Of a stretch of DNA of 64,000 nucleotides, positions 1 through 11,290 are shown one piece after another; position 1 is the first letter of the stretch; each line of letters begins with the position of its first letter. This DNA comes from Eledone cirrhosa. Its lineage: Eukaryota. The position numbers were made by a program, and so were the translations under genes. The stretch is taken from contig OZ024746.1 of NCBI GenBank assembly GCA_964016885.1, positions 100,316,001-100,380,000 of the forward strand. The letters run 5' to 3'. The notes beneath the pieces were generated by a model that saw nothing but the letters and a program-made list of their open reading frames with translations, was not told where the DNA came from and made no database searches.

Positions 1-556
1 ATAAAGTGTTTACTGTGAAAATACAATAGTAAATATAGAGTAATGTAAATGTCATGTGAGATATTATGTGAGGTAAAGCCTTTACTGTGAAAATGCAATA
101 GTATATATAGAGTAATGTAAATGTCATGTGAGATATTATGTGAGGTAAAGCCTTTACTGTGAAAATGCAATAGTATATATAGAGTAATGTAAATGTTATG
201 TGAGATATTATGTGAGGTAAAGCCTTTACTGTGAAAATACAATAGTATATATAGAGTAATGTAAATGTCATGGGAGATATTATGTGAGGTAAAGCCTTTA
301 CTGTGAAAATACAATAGTATATATAGAGTAATGTAAATGTCATGGGAGATATTATGTGAGGTAAAGCCTTTACTGTGAAAATACAATAGTATATATAGAG
401 TAATGTAAATGTCATGGGAGATATTATGTGAGGTAAAGCCTTTACTGTGAAAATACAATAGTATATATAGAGTAATGTAAATGTCATGGGAGATATTATG
501 TGAGGTAAAGCCTTTACTGTGAAAATACAATAGTATATATAGAGTAATGTAAATGC
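1..556. repeat. 72-bp tandem repeat, ~7.7 copies, runs off the window start
   Basis: GTAAAGCCTTTACTGTGAAAAT recurs at 73, 145, 217, 289, 361, 433, 505. Confidence 0.95.
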
Positions 557-689
557 TAAAGCGTTACAGGCGAAATTTATCAGAGCTTTCTCACACATTA
601 AGAGGCCGCCTAGAAACGGTATGGGAGTATCGTCATAGACTAGAGGGAGCTGCAATGGACCTCCATCGGTTTCGACAGTGAGTGTTCTA

Positions 690-960
690 GTAGTTTGATC
701 AACGGTATTGCCTGCGCATGAAATCAATGTGTAAGTGGTTGAACATTCCGCAATAACGTGAAATCTTGACGTAATTCTCTGTGAGATTGTGTTGCCAAGG
801 CTGAGTTTTTGAATTACGGGTAGGTACAATCCATCTGACAGGTTTTCAAACAGTTTCACTCAGTCTAAATTTAATAACAAGGCATGTGTTATCCAAAGCA
901 ATGGTAAATGTGACTTGCCCAAGATGCTGAGGTGTCGAACACGGGACCTAATGGCCCTTC
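690..960 (+). mobile_element. Degenerate dispersed repeat (related copies ~5410-5690 and ~21740-21880)
   Basis: Shared GAAATTAACGTG...CATTCC...GACAAGGCTGGCC motifs at three loci. Confidence 0.55.
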
Positions 961-1208
961 GCATAAAGTGGTTCGATCGACTTTCCACGTGGTGGATCAG
1001 GGATACGTGGGGGCTTGACACCCCCACAGCCCCACACCCCACCCCTTCTTAGTTAGGTCTCTTTCTTTTCCACTCTCAACCAAAATCCGTAAACCAGCAA
1101 TCCCCAAGTGGTGGTTTTATCAACTTAAATGTTCCTTTTCTAATTGTCAAATTTTATATTTTCTTCGTCTGTACTGATAACCTAAGTCAGTATTATCACT
1201 AACCAAGG

Positions 1209-1391
1209 GCAGTGGATTGGCAGTATCGGTAGAGGGTCGGACGCTTTGACGCATTGAGTTACGGCCCTTGCCATTCTGAGTTCAAATCCCGCCGAGGTTA
1301 ACTTTGCCTTTCATCCTTACGGGGTCGATAAAATAAAGTACCAGTAATGCACTGGGGTAATTGCTGGCCTTGTGCCTAAAGTAGAAACATT
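1209..1391 (+). mobile_element. tRNA-derived SINE family A (Nin-like core)
   Basis: A-box-like TGGCAGTATCGG, B-box GAGTTCAAATCCC, core CCTTTCATCCTTACGGGGTCGATAAAATAAAGTACCAG; more than 12 copies in the window. Confidence 0.85.
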
Positions 1392-1526
1392 TCTTATCTC
1401 TAATCATCCACTTTTCTTCACACATGGAGTGACCTAAGTTATTGTGATAAGCCGAGCCAATATTCCTCTTACACCTTCGACGGTGCACCATTCCTTTAAA
1501 TATTCGTAATTTAATATTTAAATTAC

Positions 1527-1680
1527 TGGACAGATTTTATGGGCAAAACCAACCGGCAGGGGACCCATGAGCTTGGCTGGTTTCAGTTGGGGATCCAGTC
1601 GGATCAATTGGAGAGGGTTGCTTCTGACAAAACCCGCTGGAAGGAATGTTTGAGGACTCTGCTCCCAACGACACCCAAAC
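1527..1680 (+). mobile_element. RTE-like LINE 3' fragment
   Basis: Matches copies at 3104-3520, 22159-22800 and 24362-24608; encodes ..QLERVASDKTRWKECLR.. Confidence 0.7.
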
Positions 1681-1939
1681 GTGTCTACCAAGGTATTCCT
1701 TCTCACGGTATAACACAACCTAAAATCACTGGGGTTGCTGTCCCTCCCCCTTAGAAACTAATTAAATGAATTGTTTTTGTGTGTGTGAAGAAGAAGAAGA
1801 AGAAGAAGAGGAGGAGGGGGGGAGGGAGAAATTTGACAAAATGTTCACTATCCCATCAAATTAATAGTGTTATGTCATGTGACTCCAAGCGATAATTTTT
1901 AATTGTCGTTGAAAGTCGCAATTAATTCTATTCGTCACC

Positions 1940-1981
1940 ATATATATATATATATACTGTATATATAAATATATATATACA

Positions 1982-2023
<42 letters not shown>

Positions 2024-2051
2024 TGTATATATATATATAGAGAGAGATATA

Positions 2052-2128
<77 letters not shown>
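1940..2128. repeat. (TA)n microsatellite
   Basis: Direct inspection. Confidence 0.95.
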
Positions 2129-2131
<3 letters not shown>

Positions 2132-2221
2132 CGAGTCAGTGGCTTTTGTTTCGGTTTGATATTTTCCCAGTGTTTGCGTGGTCTTCTTGACAAACTTTAC
2201 AGAGATGAAACTGAAAATTAA

Positions 2222-2438
2222 CCCTTTACCATTTACATTACTATAAATACTGTTATATTTTCAGGGTAAAGGCTTTACCTTACATAATATCTCACATAAT
2301 ATCGAATCTATGAGATTTTTATATTATTTATTTTGAGAACAATACCTTAACATCAGTATGCGTGGCCAGTTATGGCTGGTTTGAATAGAAAGAGATGAAA
2401 GATTCTGGCCGGATATGGCCGGTTTAAATGCTAAAGGG
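2222..2438. mobile_element. piggyBac-like MITE
   Basis: TTAA|CCCTTTACCATTTA ... TAAATGCTAAAGGG|TTAA: imperfect TIRs with TTAA target duplication. Confidence 0.8.
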
Positions 2439-2466
2439 TTAAATTAGTCAAGGGTTAAATTAGTGA

Positions 2467-2800
2467 AGCGGTGAATTGGCAGAGTCGTTAGAATGCTTGT
2501 AGTATTCATTTCGGCTCTCTGCTCTCTGAGTTCGAATCCCGCCAATGTCAACTTTTTCTTTCATCCTTTCATGGTTGATAAAAAAAAGTACCAGTCAAGT
2601 ACTGGGGTCGATTCTTCCTCTATATCACTTTCTCACATCCTCTCTCTCACTCTGTCTCCTTCTCTGGAAGAAATCTACTGTATTCAGGGCTGGAGAGGAG
2701 ATGGGCTCCACTAGGTTTTAAAAAATGCCCTAGAAACGCCGTATGTCAATATGGCGCCCCTACGACTCCCTCGGGAGTTATGGATCCATACCATACCAGT
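2467..2800 (+). mobile_element. tRNA SINE family B (Nin-like core, distinct 3' module ending CCATACCATACC)
   Basis: B-box GAGTTCGAATCCC plus core, then a tail shared with 3864-4530(-), 49860-49985(-) and 52235-52580(-). Confidence 0.75.
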
Positions 2801-3103
2801 TAAATCTACGTGAAGGTTCAGACCCACTTGACATTTTGAAAAACTAGGAATAACCTATTTTGAAAGTGTTGAAATTTATTTGTTCATTTTTTACATATAT
2901 ATATACATATATACATATATATATATGTATATATATATGTGTATATATATATACATATATATATGTATATTTATATGTGTGTATATATATATACATATAT
3001 ATATACGTGTTAAGTATTTCCGAAGAAAAAGCAAAGGAAAAAAGAATGCTCTGTGTAAAATACAGAGCTAGTATATAAATATATGCTAAAATATTCTGAC
3101 CTA

Positions 3104-3520
3104 AGACCATGGAACTTTCGTAATGGCTGAAAGAATACGATCAGGAATACATGCGGCCGAAATGGGGTTCCTCTGAAGGGTCTTTGAAGTAACGTTACTC
3201 AATAGAGTGTGTAACTCAGAGATGAGAGAGTCACTCCAGGTAGAGCCGCTATTTCTCTGAATTGAGAGATCACAACTCCAATACTATGGGCATGTGGTTA
3301 GAATGTCTCAGGAAAGAATCACTGGACAGATTTTACGGGCAAAACCAACCGGCAGGAGATCCAGGAGTAGACTCCTAGCAAGATGGTTGGATAGTTCCAT
3401 GAGCTGCATCAGTTGGAGACAGTTACTTCTGGCAGGACCCACTGGAAGGAGTGTTTGAGGACTCTACCCTCACCACCCACTCAGGAATAAGTGGGGGAAG
3501 AAGAAGAAGAAGAAGAAGAA
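3104..3520 (+). mobile_element. RTE-like LINE 3' fragment with (AAG)n tail
   Basis: Translates ..YYGHVVRMSQERITGQILRAKPTGRR..; ends in GAA repeats. Confidence 0.75.
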
Positions 3521-3568
3521 CAACAACAACAACAACAACAACTGCTTCTGCTGCTGCTGCTGCTGCTG

Positions 3569-3632
<64 letters not shown>
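3497..3632. repeat. Compound trinucleotide microsatellite (AAG)(AAC)(GCT)(ACT)
   Basis: Direct inspection. Confidence 0.95.
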
Positions 3633-3634
<2 letters not shown>

Positions 3635-3863
3635 GTGATGGTGTTACATGCTAATAGCTTGGCCTAAATAAATACCTATGGATAAAGCAAGATTATTGAT
3701 ATTAAGGTTCCCTCTCAAATGTGGTTGTGTAGAGTCAATCAGTTCATCTCCAGTACTTAGCTGTTGTTTTATCAAAAGCAAAGTCGACTTCCGCGAAATA
3801 TTAGTTCAGAATGTACAAAAGAATTTCGTTTGATACTGCACCAATTCTGCCGGTTATTACACT

Positions 3864-4530
3864 GGTATGGTATGGTCCCGTGACTCCTGATGGAGTTGTA
3901 TAGGCACCATATTGATATACGGTGGGTTTAAGGGCATTTTAAATCTGGAGGATTGTATCCCACTCCAATTCTGAACTGAACAGATTTCTTCCAGGGAAGA
4001 GCGAGTGATAAAGGAAGAATTGACCCCTGTACAGGACTGTTATTTTTTATCGACCTCGAAAGGATAAAAGGCAAAGATGATCTGGCAAGGTTTGAATACA
4101 GAAAGCGCAGATAGTCAACTCGAATGCCGCAAAACATTTTATCCGACGTTCTAACAATTCTGACGATTTGCCGCCCCAGTAAACATGGTATAGTTCCGTA
4201 ACTTCTGAGGGAGTCATAAGGGCACCGTAGTGACGGCGTTTCTTGAACATTTAAACCTGGTGGAGCCCATCCTTCTAAAGGCCTGACTACAGCAGATTTC
4301 TTCCAGAGAAGGATAGAGGGTGACAGAGATGAAGTGAGAAAAAGATATAGAAGAAGAATCTACCCCAGTACTAGACTGGTACTTTTTTATCGACCTCGAA
4401 AGGATAAGAGGCAAAGTTGACCTCAGCGGGATTTGAACTCAGAGAGCAGAGAGCTGGAACGAATAGCATAAAGCATTCTATCTGACGTTCTAACGTTCTA
4501 AATGTCTACTGGGGCGGCGAATTGGCCGCC
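3864..4530 (-). mobile_element. Two adjacent SINE family B copies
   Basis: Reverse-complement core TTATCGACCTCGAAAGGAT at ~4047 and ~4387, each with the family B tail. Confidence 0.7.
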
Positions 4531-4756
4531 CCAGTAGACATTAGAGTATATCTAATTTACAGTTTGAGTCAAGTATATAACTGATTGAGAACGACGGTAA
4601 GCCCAATTTCGAGGTAACTTTGTTGTGTATTTACTCTATTTAAGGGCATATAGGACCGCCGGACATATAAGATTCCCACCGCCATTTCAGCTAGGAATTA
4701 CTTCTTCCTATTATTATCATTTCAGAAATACCTGAAAGCATTATTATTATTGTTAT

Positions 4757-4960
4757 TGGCAGAATTGGTAGAGCATCGAACGACATAGTTTGTGGTATTT
4801 AGTTACGACTCTTTACGTTCAATTCCCACCGAAGTTATCTTTGTCTTTCATCCTTACGAGGTCGATAAAATAAAGTACCAGTAATGCACAGGGGTCTATT
4901 CAATCGACATTCCCTTCCTCTCAGATTGTTGACCTTGTGCCTAAATCAGAAACCATTATT
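4757..4960 (+). mobile_element. SINE family A
   Basis: Head, Nin-like core and CCTTGTGCCTAAAT tail. Confidence 0.8.
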
Positions 4961-5695
4961 ATTCACCCACTTGTTCTTGAAAAGGTCCCCAGGGCCCTGT
5001 AGGAAGCTACTGTCTCCCGGCTAGATACCCAAGCGAGACCAACCGACTTTATGGATGATATTTAAAAGCAACTGTTTGTGTTTACATGTAAGCATTTAAT
5101 GTTATTTATAACTCAATTTCACTTATAAGACACGGAAGATATTACTTTGCCAGTTGGTAGGTGAGGAAAGGGTCTCTCAAAAGTAAGTAGTTACATTTTT
5201 TGTTTGTTTCTTGTACACTTTCAGTATAAAACCATACCAAAATTGACCACCGTTCATCGTACGAGCGTCGATAAAAACGGGTCCTTTCCTTACAAATGTC
5301 TGGCCTTGTGCACGTGTTAAAGGATGAAGTAACTGTGAGGAAGGCTAAGACAACAATGAAGTTCTTAAGAAGAAGGAACTCCGTTGCTTTTGAGTATTTC
5401 AATTGTTGTATCAACGGAATATCCTGCTTATGAAATTAACGTGTACGTAACTGAACATTCCACAGATACGTGTACCCTTAATGTAATTCTCAGGGGTGTG
5501 AGGGGTTAGTGTGACACAGTGTGTGACAAGGCTGGCCCTTCGGATTACAAGTACAGTCCATCTAACAAGCTTCCAAACAGTTCCCGCCTATTTCATTCAC
5601 AAGGCATGGAACGACCCGAGGCTACAACAAATGACAATTACCCAAGATTTCACATAATAGGATCAACTTAGGACCTAATGGTTGGCAAATAAGTC

Positions 5696-6035
5696 TACTG
5701 TATCCATGTTCTATACACTGACATACGTGTTACTATATCCATGTTCTATATACACTGACATACGTGTTACTGTATCCATGTTCTATACACTGACATACGT
5801 GTTACTATATCCATGTTCTATACGCTGACATACGTGTTACTATATCCATGTTCTATACGCTGACATACGTGTTACTATATCCATGTTCTATATACACTGA
5901 CATACGTGTTACTGTATCCATGTTCTATACACTGACACACATGTTACTGTATCCATGTTCTATACACTGACATACATGTTACTATATCCATGTTCTATAC
6001 ACTCTGACACACATGTTACTATATCCATGTTCTAT
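5696..6035. repeat. 35/37-bp minisatellite, ~9 copies
   Basis: TATCCATGTTCTATACACTGACATACGTGTTAC unit at 5701, 5736, 5773 and onward. Confidence 0.9.
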
Positions 6036-6092
6036 TCATCCATATACACTTACATAATGTCGCAATTCTTTTCCCTACCTGTTCATATATAC

Positions 6093-6131
<39 letters not shown>

Positions 6132-6389
6132 TACCTGTCACATTTTACTCCTTCGCCATATCTGGTTTCACGAATGACCTATAGTTACTCCCCCTCCACT
6201 CTCTTCTGTTAGAAACCATATACCTACAGTCCATTTCCGTTCCACTATCTCAAACTACAATCTGATCAATCTTGCACGTACACATTTCTCTCTTTAATAT
6301 CTTCCTCGTTATATAGAGAAGGAGCTTTGATTAAAACCTTTCTACTTCCTTTTTCCACACAGTGTAATACACCTACTTCGTTTATTTGT

Positions 6390-6758
6390 GATGCTTTGCA
6401 GCATAGAGTTGCGGCCTTTTATAATCTGAGTTCAAATCCCGCCGAGGTTAACTTTGCCTGTCATCCTTACGGGGTCGATAAAATAAAGTACCAGTCACGT
6501 ACTGGTGTCGATTTAATTGATTTTTCTCTCCCCCAAAATTGCTGGCTTTGTGCTTATATAAGAAACCATTGGTGGATTACCGGTAGAGGGTCGGACGCCA
6601 TGCTTTCCAGCATAGTTACGTCCCTTTGCGGTCTGAGTTCAAATCCCGCCGAGGTTAACTTTGCCTTTCATCCTTACGGGGTCGATAAAATAAAGTACCA
6701 GTAATGTACTGGGTAATTGATGGCCTTGTGCCAAAAGTAGAAACAATTATTATTATTA
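6390..6758 (+). mobile_element. Two tandem SINE family A copies
   Basis: Core repeated at ~6455 and ~6665; (ATT)n tail. Confidence 0.85.
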
Positions 6759-8395
6759 CTGGAACGGCCCCTCTGCTGCTAGCACCCTCTACACGGAGGG
6801 CTGGACATGCCGTGGCTAATGATGCGGAGACATACGCTTAGGCTGCGGCATCTCCAGATATTCTGCCTAAACGGTGAATAGATGTTGTCGCCGCAGCTCG
6901 TTTTTTGACTGAGCTGCAGTCCTGGGTCAAGAAGAGACCGAGACTGGGTGACTGGCACCTGGAATGTTGCCAGGCACTCACTGCCCTCTACCAGGCAAGC
7001 AATGCGATCAGTAGAACTTCCACTCTCGAGTTCTATAGAGGATTAGTGGTGGGCAAGTGCGACGGCGCACTCGGGGAGGTTCTGGGCTTCGACGAAGTTG
7101 AACTTACCAGTCTGTTCCGAAGGACGATGTATAACTTCCAGAAATCCCTCGCTTGGCAGTGCTACCGGGGGGCACTGTCGGTTTGACATAAACTCTACAG
7201 GCACGGAAGTGCTGTCAGACGGACCTGCCCGAGATGCGTGCAGAGCGACGAAACCATTCTGCACACACTCATCTAGTGTCCGTGCATTACTGACCTGTGG
7301 AGTTATGTCGAACAGCTGTTGTCACGTCTTGACGGAGCTGCAGTCCTGGGTCAGAAAAAAACCGAGGGATAGCGCTTGGAAACTGGAATGTCTCCAGGCG
7401 CTCACTGCCCTCTGCCAGCTGGGCACCAGTATCGGTGGAACATCCACCTCGGCGTTCTATAGAGGACTAGTGGAGGGGAAGAGCGACGACGTTCTCGGAG
7501 AGATCCTGGGCGTCGAAGATCAGCTGTTTGCTCTCTTCCGGAGAACTTTAAGCCCAGGGCCTATGTATAACTTCTAAAAATCCCTGGCCTGGCAGTGTTA
7601 CCGGGGAGCGCTGCCGGTTCGAGATAAGCTCTACAGGCACGGAAGTGCCGTCAGCCGAGCCTGTCCGAGATGCGCGCAGAGCGACGAAACCGTCGTGCAC
7701 GCACTCGTTCAGTGCCCGAGCATTGCTGACTTGTGGAGTTATGTTGAACAGTTGCTGTCGCGTGTAGGACTGATCCGGTTATCGACTGAGTCCATTGTGC
7801 AGATGGTCTCGCCGTCTTCCTTCGAGGAGGAAGAGCAGGCGGTTTTCATCTGTCTGGTGGCCAAGGCGAAAGATATTGTGTGGTGGACAAGGTTGAAAGG
7901 GTTAAAGACAGACACTTTCCTCTTCGGCGAATCCCTAATTAACTTTTTCAAGTTTCACTTGAAGAGGAAAATCAGGGTGGAGAGGCAAGTGCTGCCTTCT
8001 AGCAAGTTTGTTGAAAGGTGGGTGAATGTAGCGAGAATGGTCCGAGTGAACGGGACCGCTCTGAATATACGTCTGTAGTTTGAGAGATGGAAAAATTGAG
8101 AGAGGGCGCTTGCCCTGGTGGTCAGGGTGGCCGTGGTCTTTTGTGTGGTAACCCTCGGAGGTCCCCCCCCCCCCCTATTGGGGAATTTGTCATTGTTTCA
8201 TTTTTCATTTTTATTGTTTATATATATATATGTTTCTATGTCCTTTTTTTCTTTTCTTATATAAATAATAAAAATATTTACACGCACAAAACCCACATCG
8301 TACCGTTCTGTACCGTCCTGTGCCGTCTGTAATGTTTTTCTTGATGTCAGCCCTTGTGGCCAATAAAGAAATCATTATTATTATTATTATTATTA
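6759..8395 (+). mobile_element. Tx1/L1-like non-LTR retrotransposon, 5'-truncated and decayed, with a duplicated C-terminal zinc-finger region
   Basis: SLAWQCYRGALPVRDKLYRHG..CPRCAQSDETVVHALVQC (zf-RVT-type CCHC); 3' end CTTGTGGCCAATAAAGAAAT+(ATT)n; the same 3' end occurs at ~30330-30430. Confidence 0.8.
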
Positions 8396-11258
8396 CAGTT
8401 GCATTTATCTTGCTTTATGTTCATACGAGTTATCACCAAGTCACAACCAGTGACCTCAAGAGACAACAAGGTCCGCCATGTTCAAGAAAGAATATACATA
8501 CTCACACATGCATCTTTAGTGTTTAGACTTGTGATGTACTTATATTGACAGAATCTTCCTTAGTATATGGGCAGTTCCCATTAGTACTATCTTTTGTATT
8601 TCTCCTATACGCGGGTTTCCTGGGATTTGCGATAAGTAATCATTAGACCCCTTAGGTATCATTCCCAGAGCGCCTACAACCACTGGTATTGTTTTAGTTC
8701 TCAATTTCCACATTTTTCCAATTTCTATCTCCAGGTCCTTATACTTGCTCAATTTTTCAAATGTTTTTATAGATACATTCTTGTCTATTGGAACGGACAT
8801 ATCAATTAGCAGGCATACCCTCTTTTTAAAGTCCTTCAATATTATATCAGGTCTATTTGCATCTATTTTTCGGTCTGTTTGGATGCTAAAGTTCCACAAG
8901 ATTGAGATGTGATCTTTTTCAAGTATGGGAGGTGGTTGATGCTCCCACCAATTCTTTTGATGGGGCAGGTCAAAATGCTTACACATTATCCAATGTATGT
9001 ATTGTGCAGCTCTGTCATGCCTGTTTAGATATTCGGTTGGAGCTATAGGACTGCACATTGAAATTATATGGTCAATGGTCTCTGGTTGTTTTTTGCATAC
9101 ACGGCATAATGGACTGCATCCATTTTTTATTATGTTGGCTTGGTAATTTTTTGTTGGCAGACACTGATCTTGTGCTGATATAATCAGTCCTTCAGTCTCC
9201 GATTTCAGTCCAGAGGATGCCAACCACTGATGGGTTAAAGTTTTGTCAACATCAGGATTGTTAGCTCGTTCTGGGTATTTTCCATACAGAGGCTTTTCTT
9301 GCCATTTCTTAGCCAGTTTCTGTAGCAGTTCTTTCTTTGCAGTTACTTTTACCTGCTTTGCTTTTTCTGTGTTTTCCATTTCAGCAGTAAATGGGACTTC
9401 TGGAATGTGTAGTCCATTACTGTATCTTTGTGCATCTTTTGTAATGGAGTATGATCTTTTGATGCTTTCGTGTTTCAAAACGAGTTTGATCATCCAATCA
9501 TGTGATTCCCTTAGATATGTAGATAATCCAATTGTTGCAGTTTTCAACGCAATGTCTAACTGGATTAACCCACGTCCTCCTTCTTTCCTAGGGAGATATA
9601 TTCTATCTGTATCTGCCTTAGGGTGATGCATTCTGTGCATGGTTAAGAATTTTCGAATTTTTGTATCGAGCCTACGGATCTGTGCTTGACCAGTTGATGA
9701 CATTGTAACTGTAGGTTACTACTGGTATGGCAAGCGTGTTTATGGCATCGATCCTATTCCTTGCATTCAATTCCGTTCTTAAGATTGCTCTTACTCTGCG
9801 GTAACATTCCTTCCTTATCCTTTCCCTCATTGTCGAGTGCTTGATTCTGTCTCCTTCACAAACACCTAGATATTTGTAAGTTTTTTCTTGATCAAGTTCT
9901 CTTATCACATTCCCCCGATCAAGATTAATGTCTGAACTCTTCAGCAGCTTTCCTCTGGTGAACGTTGCTTTGGCGCATTTATCTAGTTCAAACTCCATTT
10001 TAATGTCATCACTGAACTGCTCCACAGTGGATAAAAGCCCTTGCAATTGTTCATCATTTTTTGCAAATAGTTTCAAGTCATCCATGTAGAACAAGTGATT
10101 AATGGTTTTGTCATAGACTCTATATCCATGTTTTGTTTCATTGAGCATTTTACTTAATGGTATAAGTGCGATGCAGAATAAAAGCGGTGATAAAGAGTCA
10201 CCCTGAAAAATTCCACAATTAATATTTATCCAAAAATTTTGTATTTTGTCTTTTCCTGGGGATTTCCATTTGCTGGTTTTTCTTAGAGCCAAACGCAACT
10301 GTTCAACTGTTATATTTTCCCATATTTGTTCCTCAAGGTGAGCTGTATCTTTCTTCTGTCTGTCTATTCATGGGCATGTATGTTATGAACTTTTTCTTCG
10401 GCCCAGATCTTTTCCCAGAATTCTTGCACTTCCTCCTTGGGTGGTATTGATTTAGCAGTTATTGTTGACTTACCAATTTTTCTGTAGAAGTTTCTTTGGT
10501 TGTTTTTGAACATATTATTGTCCTTATAGAATCTAGATCGTTTTTCAAAGCGCCTTATACGAGCAGCTTTGGCCGACACTTTTTGCTTGATTATTTCTAT
10601 CAGCATGTCTATGTCACTTGTTGATTTTATACTGTACTTTCTTTTCAATTTTCTAAGTTTAGTTTGTTTAACATGTTCACCTACTTTATAGTTTGTTAAA
10701 ATTTCTATGTCAGATCGGAGAAGGTTTATTTGGCGATTGATGTTCTCTTGCCAAGTAGATTTCTTGTGGGAATTCCTTTGTTTTTTCATCTTCACTCCAC
10801 ATAAGTGAGTGGTGACTTTAGCCGATGCATAATAGAGATGATTTAAATCAGTAAGGTTTAGTTTGTTTGTGATGATAATATTTTTGAGAATTATGTTAGT
10901 CTTGTGTATTATCTTTTGGTTCTGTTTGGAGTTCTGGATCTTAGGGAGGGTGTCTCGTTGCCCCATGTCAGATTCTTTCATTTTCATCCATTCGATCATA
11001 ATTTCATCCTTCAAGTTGGCAAGTTCATTCTCATTCATTTCTTTATCATTTACGATCTCATTATTTTCATTTGGAGTTTCATATTGAGCATGCACTCCCT
11101 CCACTTTTTCGATCCTTTCTTTAATTTGTTCTGTTGCCAGTGATTCCGCCCCAACCCTGGGATTCGAAGTGTTACAATTTACCTCGTTTTCACTGACACA
11201 TGTTTCATTTTCCCTTCGCTGACTTTGTGCTAATAACTTGATCTGATCAATTTCTATA

Positions 11259-11261
<3 letters not shown>
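8396..11261 (-). mobile_element. Dong/R4-clade RLE non-LTR retrotransposon #1, 5'-truncated, internal RT deletion, frameshifted
   Basis: ORFs 10364-11104, 9672-10298 and 8540-9703: GIFQGDSLSPLLF, HLFYMDDLKLF, CCHC (CRVCKKQPETIDHIISMC), RHD, RPDII nuclease motif; SPGKDKIQNFW is fused directly to ININCGIFQG; flanked by (TAA)n. Confidence 0.9.

Positions 11262-11290
<29 letters not shown>

Noticed and set aside
1209-1300. tRNA gene suggested by A/B boxes
   Set aside because: No cloverleaf evident; runs into a multicopy SINE core
5236-5332. Minus-strand exon candidate (ctcacAG|..|GTATGG)
   Set aside because: Sequence resembles a decayed SINE A core and tail; no recognisable protein
6134-6180. 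Perfect minus-strand donor CAG|GTAAGT
   Set aside because: Poor acceptor; surrounding frame (NRREWRG..stop) looks like a LINE C-terminal relic
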